The position numbers were made by a program, and so were the translations under genes. From a virus (Duplodnaviria > Caudoviricetes): 64,000 bases of DNA. This document shows positions 49,501 to 59,093 of the stretch, in pieces. The notes beneath the pieces are model-generated. The model saw only the letters and a program-made list of their open reading frames with translations, was not told the DNA's origin and ran no database searches. The DNA lies in the IMG/VR virus record IMGVR_UViG_3300037400_002553, positions 10,204 to 74,203 of that record; one strand, given 5' to 3'. Every line of letters begins with the position of its first letter. The first letter of the stretch is position 1.

Positions 49501-50041
49501 TATGTTCAATAAGCGAATCACTCCTCTACTTGTATGCTTTAGTCGAGAAATACGAGATAAGATTCTTATTGAGAACCCAGAGGATAGACAATATTTCACG
49601 GAGCAAGAATGTGAGTTGACATCTGGAGAGCCAAATAAGCCAAGCGACCAAGATACATACGAGCAACTTATGACAATGGAGGATAAGGAAATTAAGTTCT
49701 GGTCAAAATATGACTTAGTTCCTCCGTTCTTGAAAGAGTGTGGAATGGGAGATTGGGAAGTAATCAAACAAGACTACTTTGATAGAATGGCAAAAGAAAA
49801 GGAACTCGGTGTTGATAAAGAACGCGAAGCATATTCAGAAGCATTGAATAAGTTGACAAAAGAAGAAATTAATAATTTCATTGAAGAAGGAGAAATGCCA
49901 GCGTCAATTCTTAAGATTGTTGATATCGATCCGAAATCAAACGACTTTGTTTCAAAAACTTATAGCGACGTTGTTATAGGCAGTATAAATGATATTACCG
50001 ACAAACAATGGGACTATTACTTTGATGAAATCGCGGATTAA
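46592..50041 (+). CDS. Family B DNA polymerase with 3'-5' exonuclease
   Basis: ExoI FDLETEG, ExoII HNGENFD, KLDFNSLYPSII, KKLGNSFFG, VGDTDG, RKNYA. Confidence 0.93.
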   Translation: MDKQKKTISMEEVGKFLEGRDPQERIVNLLYSYQNNYVTVVYRNENDQKCTNDEPFFPFVWATKYACLKLAQVGKDKLTKMMREYGIWVKKLSNTDVDGNVIDSFNDGYMFQFYSTRPMSYQKFLEFFRNAGNPVYGKDNAQQSATESRQYLAIPPQEQFLIQTGKRFFKGYDDYDQLLRMIFDLETEGLNPRKDRIKLNGVKLNRPVTVNGVTYKDWGRIFDLKGKTKEEKDKSELEIIELMLKLIYTFKPDVITAHNGENFDWNFLIVRCEELGTSMEELSKKYFNGDYIRKEEKPSILKLGGEIEEFYRTIVPNTTVTDSLHAVRRAQATDSNFLKADLKYSSKYLGLKKDNRVYTPGAEIDKILVDTEHKYAFNDKDGDWYVYDPNSENGKDIEFKKGKDGDRPFVKYTRNYLADGYELVTGRYIIERYLLDDLWECDRVEYTLNGTDFMLTKMIPLPFSKCCTMGTAGQWKAIMLAWSYENGLAIPLAENTGAFTGGLSRLVKVGYIDNVVKLDFNSLYPSIILTWAISDENDLMKAMLYMLEYVLTTREKYKGLKKSAGKVVDKFNERNNSGEKLTAEEIAEWEQAKNEYKSNDNRQMVVKKLGNSFFGSYGSNNGAVFPWKSTKCAEQTTCTGRQCLRLMISHFHNLGYQPIVGDTDGFNFKLPDSSQFRYTKEHPYIGLGLNREVKEGKEYIGFEADVAEFNDMYMKDFHYSPYAVNKMGLGIDEVVTSTINFSRKNYADYFPENPYPEDVKLVGNTIKSKKMPEYIAKFLAIGIRLLLQGKGQAFLDEYYNYIGKIYNYKIPLRDIATKGKIKKSIEEYKKDIQEITKAGRPKSRQAWYELAIKYNLIVDNGDTVYYINTGKSKSHSDVKKVTHYYYINENSDRVEFTKDIDKKYKAHKQELGDKCLSKQAWIEQEYPNYFTEDEIIFNCVPVPNDVINSERDEFCSEDNGIEYNVAKYIDMFNKRITPLLVCFSREIRDKILIENPEDRQYFTEQECELTSGEPNKPSDQDTYEQLMTMEDKEIKFWSKYDLVPPFLKECGMGDWEVIKQDYFDRMAKEKELGVDKEREAYSEALNKLTKEEINNFIEEGEMPASILKIVDIDPKSNDFVSKTYSDVVIGSINDITDKQWDYYFDEIAD

Positions 50042-50044
50042 AAG

Positions 50045-50070
50045 AAACGGGGGCTTATGCCTCCGTTTTT
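50045..50070. terminator. Bidirectional terminator
   Basis: AAACGGGGGC-TTAT-GCCTCCGTTT between convergent genes. Confidence 0.8.
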
Positions 50071-50545
50071 ATAGTTTAATAATTAGTTTTAATGGTGCTA
50101 TAACCTTATCTTTTCCAACTGTTGAATAAGCCCATTTATCATTGAACATACATAGTAATACGTATTTCATGCAAGACACCTCTACGCAGTTAATCTTACA
50201 GAATTTATCTTTTATTGAAATACCAAGCCTATTATCTATTATATCAAATTTAGGGTTATTATATCTTGCCAGTGGAATCATTAATACAACACAATTATTA
50301 TGATCGTCGGCAATTTCGTTATACTCTTCTCCGTTCGCGAGTAGTTCGGCCAATTCTTCAACTGGTATGACAGATGGCATGTCCATACATATATCAACAA
50401 CAGAATCCATGCTTCTCATTTGAGATACGGTATCAATTTCTTTTATTTCATCTCCTGTCAATTGAAGTATGTGCTCTATTGATTCATCAGTTATTTCACC
50501 GTCAACTGTTTTTATCGGCATATATCCAAAATAATACACTATCAT
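50069..50545 (-). CDS. Hypothetical protein
   Basis: 158-aa ORF with an ATGA overlap to the upstream gene. Confidence 0.6.
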   Translation of the reverse strand: MIVYYFGYMPIKTVDGEITDESIEHILQLTGDEIKEIDTVSQMRSMDSVVDICMDMPSVIPVEELAELLANGEEYNEIADDHNNCVVLMIPLARYNNPKFDIIDNRLGISIKDKFCKINCVEVSCMKYVLLCMFNDKWAYSTVGKDKVIAPLKLIIKL

Positions 50546-52392
50546 AATTCATCAGAATTATTATTTTTGTTATTATTATTGTCTTCTAGTGTTTTAATTC
50601 TCTCCTCAAGACTTGAAATATATGAACGTAGATAATCGAATGTTTCTTTACTTTCAGAAGCATTACGCATATAGTTCTTAAATTTATTAACTTTACACTT
50701 TTCTTCAAGAGCAGCAATCTTAGCCAACAAGTATTCAATAGAATTTTCTTCTTCAGTAGATTTTTGAATACATTTTCTAATTTTCTCGGCTCTACTTACT
50801 GTATTTTCTTCATCGTTTTCACAACCTTCAATTATATCGTTTTCAAATAGTGCGTTGTTTTTAATTTCATTATATTGTAGTTGGCAATCATAAAATTTAA
50901 ATGATCTTAAATCACCGATAAATGTTCCACCGAAGTTTTCTTCAATTGGTAATATTCTACAGTAAGGATGATTATAATTATCTACCCACATACTTTCAGC
51001 AAGGCCCTGTGTTCCTCCTCCGAGTGATATATTGAACGGAACGCCCTCTTGTTTATCGAAGTATTCGTTTAATTCTTTAAATCTAAATTCTGGTAATTCT
51101 TTTGATACTAATTTAAGATAACCATTAACATAGATGAATATTTTCATTGTTCTATTTCCGAGCGAGTTTCCACATTTATCTACTCCACCGTCTAAAATTT
51201 TAAACATCACATTAATAGTATTCCATTTGTCATTTTTAACTATATCAGAAAAACTATTTTCAGATATGACACCATACCCACTATCCGAGTTGCAATCTTT
51301 TACTAAATATTTATATCCAATACTACCATCTTCATTTATTTTCAAAGCAAATGCGTTATTTTCAACATCACTCATTATAGAATATTCTTTGCTTTGGCCA
51401 GTAACACTATCAAAATATTCGGCTATAGTATCAACGGTATAACCGCTTTTCCCTCTATTCATCAACAAAAATAAATTATCATTTCCAGGAAATTTCCCTT
51501 GGTCAATAACAACCTTAGTATCATCGTCATCCCACGTATCAACGGTATAGCCATTTTTTGTCCTGTCAAATATTAAAAATTTATTATCAGTGGTCACCTC
51601 AAAATAATCGCCATTATTTAATTTATGATCATTTGACGTTTCTATTTCATTCTTATTTGAATCAAAACAATTATTTTCAAAACCATTTCTAAACGGATAC
51701 TTTGTCAAATCTTCTCCGTTGAATCTGCCAAATTTATTTTCGTTTCTCGTACCAATATAGAAGAATATACCCTTGTTTTCTGGATGTTCCACATTAAGAG
51801 TCATTCCACTTTCTTCATAATCAGTTCTAGGGCGAATTACGAACTCAAGATTCCAACATCTTTCAATATTCGCTGGCAATACCTCATAGTCAAAGCCATT
51901 TAATTTATAAAAACCCTGCATGAAACCGCCCTTAAATGCATAATATCTATCGCGGTCATCTTGCATTACTTCTGCTTGATAATTATAGTATTTTGAGTTT
52001 CCTTGTGCTGGATATAAATGTAATTTTGCATCCCCGCTTTCCAACTCCATAGAAGAACCAGTTAGGACACCGATAAATTCATCTAAAGTTATGGTGTTAT
52101 CATAAAGTATTCGGCCGTTATCAATTCCAGTAAATCCAAAGTCGTCTAATTTTACATCATTATTCAAATAATTCTCATATGTAAAACCACTAAATGACGA
52201 AAGATTCCCATCCTCGTCTATACAACCATCTATATTTGTGTCAATATAAGAAATTAAGCACCTTTTTGTTAATTCACCATCAATTTCGACTGTGTGTGAA
52301 TTGTCTTGAGAAAGAACAAAGTCTAGTTCCCTGTCTCTATTAATGATTAATCTAGGTTTCCATCTCTTATATTTATTTAAAATTTCTGCCAT
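50542..52392 (-). CDS. Putative virion structural protein (LamG/ConA-like central part)
   Basis: 616 aa; GFMQGFYKL, GIFFYIGTRNENKF, KIFIYVNGYL...FNISLGGGTQGL...FIGDL. Confidence 0.55.
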   Translation of the reverse strand: MAEILNKYKRWKPRLIINRDRELDFVLSQDNSHTVEIDGELTKRCLISYIDTNIDGCIDEDGNLSSFSGFTYENYLNNDVKLDDFGFTGIDNGRILYDNTITLDEFIGVLTGSSMELESGDAKLHLYPAQGNSKYYNYQAEVMQDDRDRYYAFKGGFMQGFYKLNGFDYEVLPANIERCWNLEFVIRPRTDYEESGMTLNVEHPENKGIFFYIGTRNENKFGRFNGEDLTKYPFRNGFENNCFDSNKNEIETSNDHKLNNGDYFEVTTDNKFLIFDRTKNGYTVDTWDDDDTKVVIDQGKFPGNDNLFLLMNRGKSGYTVDTIAEYFDSVTGQSKEYSIMSDVENNAFALKINEDGSIGYKYLVKDCNSDSGYGVISENSFSDIVKNDKWNTINVMFKILDGGVDKCGNSLGNRTMKIFIYVNGYLKLVSKELPEFRFKELNEYFDKQEGVPFNISLGGGTQGLAESMWVDNYNHPYCRILPIEENFGGTFIGDLRSFKFYDCQLQYNEIKNNALFENDIIEGCENDEENTVSRAEKIRKCIQKSTEEENSIEYLLAKIAALEEKCKVNKFKNYMRNASESKETFDYLRSYISSLEERIKTLEDNNNNKNNNSDEL

Positions 52393-52451
52393 AAATATTG
52401 AATTATTTCTAATACTAAATATATTTATCTATAAATAAAGTATCTATAAAT

Positions 52452-53249
52452 ATGAAAAAAATACTATTCACAGAAAAACAAATAAAGTCTATTTTGGGCG
52501 AGGAAGCATTTACATATTTAGACAAAGAGGATAATGGTATGGATTTTCCAGAAGATTCTTTAGTTGCGACTGGAGGAGAGGTATTGACAAACGATCCTGA
52601 TGCTGACGAATTCCCAACTACGGATAAAATCGCCGCTTCAAAAACCAGAAGTCATCCTTTCTATCGCAACTCTGGATATGGAACAATGTTTGAGGGTAAA
52701 AAAAAAATTGTAAAAAATGATGAAGGAGAAGTAGTACCAGATACATGCCCAGAGTGCGGAAGTAAAATTGGTTTATACGTTCAAGGTGAACCAGTTTACT
52801 TATGTTCCAATAAAGAATGTGGTAAGTATTTTGGTACAATGCCATTTTCTAAAAAATTATATGAAAGAAATCATCAATTAGATGGAAGAACTTTTAGGCT
52901 CGGTAAAAAGACGAATCAGCAAATAGACAATATGGCCAATAATAATCCTGGTGATAAAATGTTGAATAATATGTCAAAGGATAAAAACGCAAGTGCAAAT
53001 TGTCTTGCCGTCCGTCAAACAAGATTAAAACAAATGAAACAAAACAATCCAGAACGCTATGAACGAATTAATGGGGATAGTCTCGAAAATGCGATTGATG
53101 ATAGATTAAATATTGCAAGAGCGGAAACAAAAACAGCATCATCAAATATTCAAGAGCCTCTTATGAATACGATTCAAACAGCAAGAACTGGGACTGGAAA
53201 AGGTCATAGGAAAAATAATGGAACAACAATTTATTACGAAAATAATTAA
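52452..53249 (+). CDS. Candidate head-internal protein with a Zn ribbon
   Basis: MKKILFTEKQIKSILGEE; CPECG...CSNKEC. Confidence 0.6.
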   Translation: MKKILFTEKQIKSILGEEAFTYLDKEDNGMDFPEDSLVATGGEVLTNDPDADEFPTTDKIAASKTRSHPFYRNSGYGTMFEGKKKIVKNDEGEVVPDTCPECGSKIGLYVQGEPVYLCSNKECGKYFGTMPFSKKLYERNHQLDGRTFRLGKKTNQQIDNMANNNPGDKMLNNMSKDKNASANCLAVRQTRLKQMKQNNPERYERINGDSLENAIDDRLNIARAETKTASSNIQEPLMNTIQTARTGTGKGHRKNNGTTIYYENN

Positions 53250-53301
53250 AAACTATTGATTTTTTGAAAATAATAATTATAATATAAACATAGAATAAGA
53301 T

Positions 53302-53667
53302 ATGGCACAACAATCTAGATTGGAAAAAGAAGCGTTCATCAAAAGACCAGAACTTGAAATGATGAACACATATCAGGATGATATTAACGAATATTCTTCT
53401 GAACATAAAAATGCAATAAGCGACGGAGACGTTAAAGGTAAAGGTGTGGGCGGTTCCGCTCATCCATATTTATTACCTAATCCAGACGAACCAAAAACAA
53501 GTTATAAACCAACATTAAGAACCGACGATGGCGGTGGCGCATTAGACATTGCACAAAGAGAAACATTAGAAAATATCAACATTTACAGTAGAGAGAATCA
53601 ATATGGCCCAAATTTTGTTGACACAAGTAAAAATGTTGCAGATGGTCAATATGTTGTTATCAAGTAA
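53302..53667 (+). CDS. Hypothetical protein
   Basis: 121 aa; TAATG overlap with the WYL gene. Confidence 0.65.
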   Translation: MAQQSRLEKEAFIKRPELEMMNTYQDDINEYSSEHKNAISDGDVKGKGVGGSAHPYLLPNPDEPKTSYKPTLRTDDGGGALDIAQRETLENINIYSRENQYGPNFVDTSKNVADGQYVVIK

Positions 53668-54542
53668 TGGCAAAAATAAATAATACAATATTAAGAAAAG
53701 CAGTAAACGAGGCCGCCACCCCACAACAAGTTACCGATGCCATCAAAAAGAGATATGGCGTATGGATAAAATATGGTAATGGAAATGAAAAGGGTGGCGG
53801 AAAGCGCTATATAGAACCAGTCGCCTATGGTACCATGAAGGGAACTGGAAACCCCGTCATACGTGCATTTCAGCCATTTGGAGATACAAAAACAAAAATT
53901 CCACATTGGAAAATGTTCCGATTAGACAAGATTGAAGATTGGAAGCCAAATAGAAATAGACATTTTGACGACCCATCAAAGGGACAGTTTGCCAAGGGAA
54001 AATTTACCCCAACTGGTGCTGAAGGTGCATTCAACCCAAACGGAGACAATTCAATGGACCAAGTTTTCATTGTTGCAGACTTCGAGGGTGCAAAACAAAG
54101 ATACAATGCAAACCTCAAAAAACACAATGACGAGGTTAATGCGAAAAAGGTTGAACAAGATCCATTCTACAACCTAAGGCAAAACATTAAAAAATCCATT
54201 AAGGGAGACCCAGATATTATGAAGAGAGTTGCCGAATGGCAAAAACAAAAAGAGGAGCGAGAAAAAAAGAAACAAGCACCAAATCAGCAAAGTTCTGAAG
54301 AAATGGCCTCTATACGCTCCTTCGGAAATAATAATATAGTTCAAACAAGTGGCCCAGTAACAAAAGGAAACACTGAAAAACAGGCAGTTGTACAGCAAAC
54401 GCCTAAAAATGATGAATATCAAAAAATAGCACAAAATGGTCCAGTCTATAAGCAACAAACGGAAGAACCAATAGAAACTGGAGAAGAGAATAAAGAAGAA
54501 GATTTAAATAACGAACAAAATGGATCAGAACACAGTAGATAA
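53667..54542 (+). CDS. WYL-domain protein with a low-complexity C-terminus
   Basis: IKYGNG...KRYIEPVAYG...VIRAFQ...WKMFRLDKIEDW. Confidence 0.7.
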   Translation: MAKINNTILRKAVNEAATPQQVTDAIKKRYGVWIKYGNGNEKGGGKRYIEPVAYGTMKGTGNPVIRAFQPFGDTKTKIPHWKMFRLDKIEDWKPNRNRHFDDPSKGQFAKGKFTPTGAEGAFNPNGDNSMDQVFIVADFEGAKQRYNANLKKHNDEVNAKKVEQDPFYNLRQNIKKSIKGDPDIMKRVAEWQKQKEEREKKKQAPNQQSSEEMASIRSFGNNNIVQTSGPVTKGNTEKQAVVQQTPKNDEYQKIAQNGPVYKQQTEEPIETGEENKEEDLNNEQNGSEHSR

Positions 54543-55122
54543 CATAATCGCGAATGCGGCTTTGTTAATGAATGACGAAAGATTTAATGAAATAGTTGAG
54601 GCCAAATCAATGAGCACTCATCGTAGAGCGAAGGCAAACGGAGGAAAACTAGATGCTGGTGGCGGCGGTGGCGTGTCATCAGACCTAGTGCTTTTCGAAG
54701 CACAGGCTGGATTTGGTGGTGGTGGAAGCAGATCTTCTGCTGGACAGCATTTAATACCAAAAGTTCAGACACAACAAAGAAAGAGCAATTTGCCACCAGA
54801 AATTCAAGAATCATTTAAGAAGATGCCACCATTGTCTGGCGGAGAAATAGGCGTTCCAGCCTCATATACACAATCAAGAAGTGTTATACAAGAGCAACAA
54901 TACGCCCCACAGCCTCAATACCAGACACAAGCACCAGCCGCTCCAGCAAGTATTGACTACAATTACATTAAATACTTAGTTAGCGAGTGTATTAAGGAGA
55001 ATATGAATCAACTAAATGAAAGTGCTAGCCTTAGTGGTATTAAATTAGTCGGAGGTGGCAAAATTCAATTTACAGATTCAAAAGGAAATGTATTTGAAGG
55101 CGTATTAAAACGTGTAAAATAA
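54520..55122 (+). CDS. Hypothetical protein
   Basis: 200 aa; LPPEIQESFKKMP; C-terminal IQFTDSKGNVFEG. Confidence 0.65.
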   Translation: MDQNTVDNIIANAALLMNDERFNEIVEAKSMSTHRRAKANGGKLDAGGGGGVSSDLVLFEAQAGFGGGGSRSSAGQHLIPKVQTQQRKSNLPPEIQESFKKMPPLSGGEIGVPASYTQSRSVIQEQQYAPQPQYQTQAPAAPASIDYNYIKYLVSECIKENMNQLNESASLSGIKLVGGGKIQFTDSKGNVFEGVLKRVK

Positions 55123-55143
55123 ATGATTGTAGCATTTTTTTAG

Positions 55144-55173
55144 AAAAATCGGGTATTTTTACTCGATTTTTTT
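55144..55173 (+). terminator. Rho-independent terminator
   Basis: AAAAATCGGGT-ATTTTT-ACTCGATTTTT followed by further Ts. Confidence 0.7.
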
Positions 55174-55231
55174 ATTTTTCTGTTTACATTAAACTTTTTT
55201 TCATTATTTTTTAGTAAAAATAATATTTAAC

Positions 55232-56467
55232 ATGAGTAAAATTAACATTTTAGTAGTAGCATCAGACAATATTGGCGGAGTCGGATTCTATCGCTCCAGC
55301 CAGCCTCATAAAAAATTAGAGGAATTGTTTCCAGATGAATTTAATGTAGAATATAACATGCAGCCAGACTGGAATAACTTAGATTATTTTAAGCAATTCA
55401 ATATAATTCATATTCATAAGGGTGTTTTTAATAATGACGAAAGTTTCGTTAGAGCATTGAAATCTTTTAAGGATATGAATATTACAACAGTAATGGATAT
55501 TGACGACCACTGGAAACTTGATTTTCGTCACCCACAAAATTTAATTCAAAGACAGATGAAATTAGACGAAAAAGTTAAACGTAATTTCGGTTTATTTGAC
55601 TACGTAACAACTACGACAAAAATTTTCGCAAATGAAATTAAACCATTTAACAAGAACGTAGTTGTATTTCCAAACGCCATCGACCCAGATGATGAAAGAT
55701 TTAAGATTGTAAAAAATCCGTCACAAAAATTAAGAATTGGCCTTATTATGGGGTCCACCCATGAGCATGATTTAATGATTATGGATGGCTTTGTTAATAA
55801 GTTGCCTAAAGACGTTCTAGATAAAATAGAGTTTGTGCTTTGCGGATTCGATCTTAGGGGCGTTATGAGAATGATTGATAGCACAACTGGCGAGGTGAAA
55901 ACTAGACCAATCGAGCCAAAAGAGAGTGTTTGGTATCGCTACGAAAAAATGGTAACAGATAATTATAAAATTGTGTCACCACAATATAAAGCATTCTTGG
56001 AGTCATTCGTTGTCGATGCCGATTATCCAAATCACGAAGCAGAAGGCTATCATAGATGTTGGACGAAAGACATGGACCACTACTATCAACACTATGCAAA
56101 TGTAGATGTTCTTTTAGCACCACTTGAGATTAGTAAATTTAATAAGGTTAAATCACAACTCAAGGTTATTGAAGCGGCATTCTCTCACACTGCGATAATC
56201 GCCTCTGATTTTGGTCCTTATACCCTCGATTTAAAGAATATATTTGTAAAAGGTGGAGGTATTGATGAAACTGGTAATGCAATCCTAATTGACGAGAAGA
56301 AAAATCACAAAGATTGGGTTAAAGCAATTGAAAAATTAGTAAAAAATCCAGAATTAGTTACTTTATTGCAAAATAATCTTTACAATAGTATTAAAGATGT
56401 TTATAATTTAAGTAAAGTAACAACTGACAGAGCAAATTGGTACAAAGAAATAGTAAAGAAAGCATGA
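55232..56467 (+). CDS. GT-B (GT4-like) glycosyltransferase
   Basis: GVGFYRS.QP, VMDIDDHW, VFPNAID, IGLIMGSTHEHDL, DVLLAPL...FN..KSQLKVIEA. Confidence 0.85.
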   Translation: MSKINILVVASDNIGGVGFYRSSQPHKKLEELFPDEFNVEYNMQPDWNNLDYFKQFNIIHIHKGVFNNDESFVRALKSFKDMNITTVMDIDDHWKLDFRHPQNLIQRQMKLDEKVKRNFGLFDYVTTTTKIFANEIKPFNKNVVVFPNAIDPDDERFKIVKNPSQKLRIGLIMGSTHEHDLMIMDGFVNKLPKDVLDKIEFVLCGFDLRGVMRMIDSTTGEVKTRPIEPKESVWYRYEKMVTDNYKIVSPQYKAFLESFVVDADYPNHEAEGYHRCWTKDMDHYYQHYANVDVLLAPLEISKFNKVKSQLKVIEAAFSHTAIIASDFGPYTLDLKNIFVKGGGIDETGNAILIDEKKNHKDWVKAIEKLVKNPELVTLLQNNLYNSIKDVYNLSKVTTDRANWYKEIVKKA

Positions 56468-56964
56468 CAGAATATATACTAACAAGATACCATAGCGATG
56501 GTAAAATATCCTACTCTTGGGGGCCTAAAGAAAAACAGTTTGACGGCAGGCTGATAACATGGAATCATAAATGGCTCAGACGTGAGGCCTTTAAATTAAA
56601 AGAAGGTGAAAGCAAGATATATCTTTACAACCCATATGGTGATGGAATTGTAATTGATAAAGAGGAGAAAGTAAGAGATTTTTTAATCGACGTTTACTTT
56701 TGGTTCAAAGAAGATTGGAGATATAGTTTAAAAAGTCTCAAAAGAAGGATAGTACAAAAATGGGATTATTTTTGGCTTCCCAGACAAGAGAAAGAAGAGT
56801 TGAAGCACATGTGGGACGGAATACAAATAGTTCCAATGCATGTGAAATCAATAAACGCCGATCTAGTACCAGAACAGCCACTACCTACAGAAAACATTCC
56901 ACATGGAGAATTATATTATTTTGATTTAATAACAAACGACAATAACAATAAAAAACAGATATGA
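56464..56964 (+). CDS. Hypothetical protein with a gp23/Gol-like C-terminal peptide
   Basis: ATGA overlap at 56464; C-terminal SINADLVPEQPLPTENIPHGELYYFD. Confidence 0.55.
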   Translation: MTEYILTRYHSDGKISYSWGPKEKQFDGRLITWNHKWLRREAFKLKEGESKIYLYNPYGDGIVIDKEEKVRDFLIDVYFWFKEDWRYSLKSLKRRIVQKWDYFWLPRQEKEELKHMWDGIQIVPMHVKSINADLVPEQPLPTENIPHGELYYFDLITNDNNNKKQI

Positions 56965-57554
56965 GAATTTGTATTACATTAGATGACGTATTGAGGGCCA
57001 AAACGTATCAGTTTGGCAGAATGTATCAAAAATACATTGATCAGGACATAGACTTGGAGAGGCTTGACATGTCGTCTGGCGACCTTCAAAAAATATTTGG
57101 GTTTAAGAATAAAAAGGATTTTGAAAAATTCCTATATGAGGATTACGCATTTAATATTTTTGCGGAAGCACCAGAGTGCGATAAGATGCTTGGTAAGGAA
57201 TTAAATTTATGGCAACTCAAGTTGGAAGATGATGATGATTTGAAAGAGCCAGTAGAAATTGTATTATCAAACACAAGAGAGTTTAACCAGTCAATTGGCT
57301 TTACATATTTCTTCTTATCGAAGTTGGCGACCAGAGCAAGAAGAGTATTCTTTCCAAAAGATCATATGGATGTATGGAATGAGTGCGATATTTTAATTAC
57401 TGCGGACCAAAAGTTGTTACAAAACAAACCAGAAGGAAAGATTGCAATTAAGATAGTAACCGATTATAATGGCGATTGCCCATGTGACTACAAATATGAT
57501 AGTATGAAAGAATTAATTGCTGATAGCGAATTAATTGACAAGATATTGAGATAA
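56961..57554 (+). CDS. HAD-superfamily 5'(3')-nucleotidase-like protein
   Basis: ICITLDDVLR (degenerate DxDxV motif), WNECDILITAD. Confidence 0.6.
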   Translation: MRICITLDDVLRAKTYQFGRMYQKYIDQDIDLERLDMSSGDLQKIFGFKNKKDFEKFLYEDYAFNIFAEAPECDKMLGKELNLWQLKLEDDDDLKEPVEIVLSNTREFNQSIGFTYFFLSKLATRARRVFFPKDHMDVWNECDILITADQKLLQNKPEGKIAIKIVTDYNGDCPCDYKYDSMKELIADSELIDKILR

Positions 57555-57570
57555 TATTGGAGGGCGATAT

Positions 57571-57987
57571 ATGGCGAAAGAAAAACAAACAGAAATTGTG
57601 ATGATTGACGGAACAGAATATTACTTCAATCTTAAAAAGATATGTGAATTTATCAGTTACCGAACAGATAAAACTGATAAAGAGAAAGAAGTTGTAGACA
57701 ACTACGAATACGATTCAGACTTATCAGAGGTAAAATTATCGACAAAAATAGTAAGAGAATTAACCTCACCAAATGATACTCAATATGATACAATCAAATA
57801 CGACCTAATTAAAACATTTATAATTCAACTAATCACCTATTCTGACAAAGCAAAAATGCATGTTCCAGATGCAGATGATTTCGAAGTTCCAATAATTAAC
57901 ATTAATTATATGCCAATAGGAACAAGAATTGTGTTTAACACACTAGTTGAAGAAGGAATATTAATAAGAAAAGAAAACAAACAATAA
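57571..57987 (+). CDS. Hypothetical protein
   Basis: 138-aa ORF in the operon. Confidence 0.65.
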   Translation: MAKEKQTEIVMIDGTEYYFNLKKICEFISYRTDKTDKEKEVVDNYEYDSDLSEVKLSTKIVRELTSPNDTQYDTIKYDLIKTFIIQLITYSDKAKMHVPDADDFEVPIININYMPIGTRIVFNTLVEEGILIRKENKQ

Positions 57988-57991
57988 TATT

Positions 57992-59092
57992 ATGGATAAG
58001 AAAGAAATGAAATTGGCGCTAAAGAACATTGAAAGCGCGATTAAAAATGTTGAAAAGAAAAATTTTAAACTCCTTTTCTTCGTAGCAGATTCAAAGGGAG
58101 CACCAGTTGGTTCATTGGCATATACATATGAACTGGCATACAGGCTAAAAGAATTAGGATATAAGGTACAAATGCTTTATGCTGAGAATGATTTCGTTGG
58201 TGTTAAGGATTGGTTGGGCGAAAAATATGCAAGCCTTCCACACTTCAATTCACAGAAGGATAATATTGATGTTTCACCATCAGACTTCTTGTTTATTCCA
58301 GAATTATTCTCAAATGTAATGGCAAAGACAAAGACACTTCCATGTAAAAAGATTGCTATTCTCCAAAGTTTCAACTACTTAACAGAGTTAATTCCATTAG
58401 GCTCATCATGGGAATCACTTGGTGTTAGAGACTGCATCACAACATCAAAATCAATGGAAGAACGCCTAAAAGAAATTTTCCCATCAACAAAGACATATGT
58501 AATCAGACCATCGATTGATGGTGTATTCTCACAAACAAAAAAGGCTAAATTAATTGTAAATATTATCTCTAAAGACGAGAATGATATCAATAGAGTCGTT
58601 AAACCATTCAAATGGCGTTATCCAATCTACGACTTTGTTACATTCCGCTATATCAATGGAAGAAGTCGCGATGAAGAGGCACAATATTTAAGAGAAGGTG
58701 CAATTTCAATTTGGATTGATGATAAAACAGATTTTGGATATACAGCATTAGAGGCAATGGCAAGCGGTAATATTGTTATCGGCAAAATTCCAGAGAATAC
58801 ACCAGAATGGATGCTCGATAAAAACGGTGAATTGGTTGATAATGGTGTATGGTTCTATAAGATGAGAGAATTGCCTGGGCTACTATCAAGTGTAATTCAA
58901 ACATTACTCTACGATAAGATCCCGCAAGGACTCTACGAAAATATGGAAGAAACTGTTTCAAATTACACAGAAGAAAAACAATTAGAGGATATTAAATCTG
59001 TATTAGAAGAAGTTTTCAAAACCAGGGAAAAAGAGTTACATCTAATGGCAGACGCTTTGAAAAATAATTTAAATGAAGATACTAAGAAATAA
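57992..59092 (+). CDS. GT-B (GT4-like) glycosyltransferase
   Basis: DFLFIPELF, VIRPSID, IWIDDKTDFGYTALEAMASGNIVIG (ExxFGxxxxEAM-like motif). Confidence 0.8.
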   Translation: MDKKEMKLALKNIESAIKNVEKKNFKLLFFVADSKGAPVGSLAYTYELAYRLKELGYKVQMLYAENDFVGVKDWLGEKYASLPHFNSQKDNIDVSPSDFLFIPELFSNVMAKTKTLPCKKIAILQSFNYLTELIPLGSSWESLGVRDCITTSKSMEERLKEIFPSTKTYVIRPSIDGVFSQTKKAKLIVNIISKDENDINRVVKPFKWRYPIYDFVTFRYINGRSRDEEAQYLREGAISIWIDDKTDFGYTALEAMASGNIVIGKIPENTPEWMLDKNGELVDNGVWFYKMRELPGLLSSVIQTLLYDKIPQGLYENMEETVSNYTEEKQLEDIKSVLEEVFKTREKELHLMADALKNNLNEDTKK

Positions 59093-59093
59093 T

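Noticed and set aside
46592-50041. Intein or intron in the DNA polymerase (or in the helicase)
   Set aside because: Motif spacing is continuous, and no C/S...HN splice pair or LAGLIDADG block was recognised.
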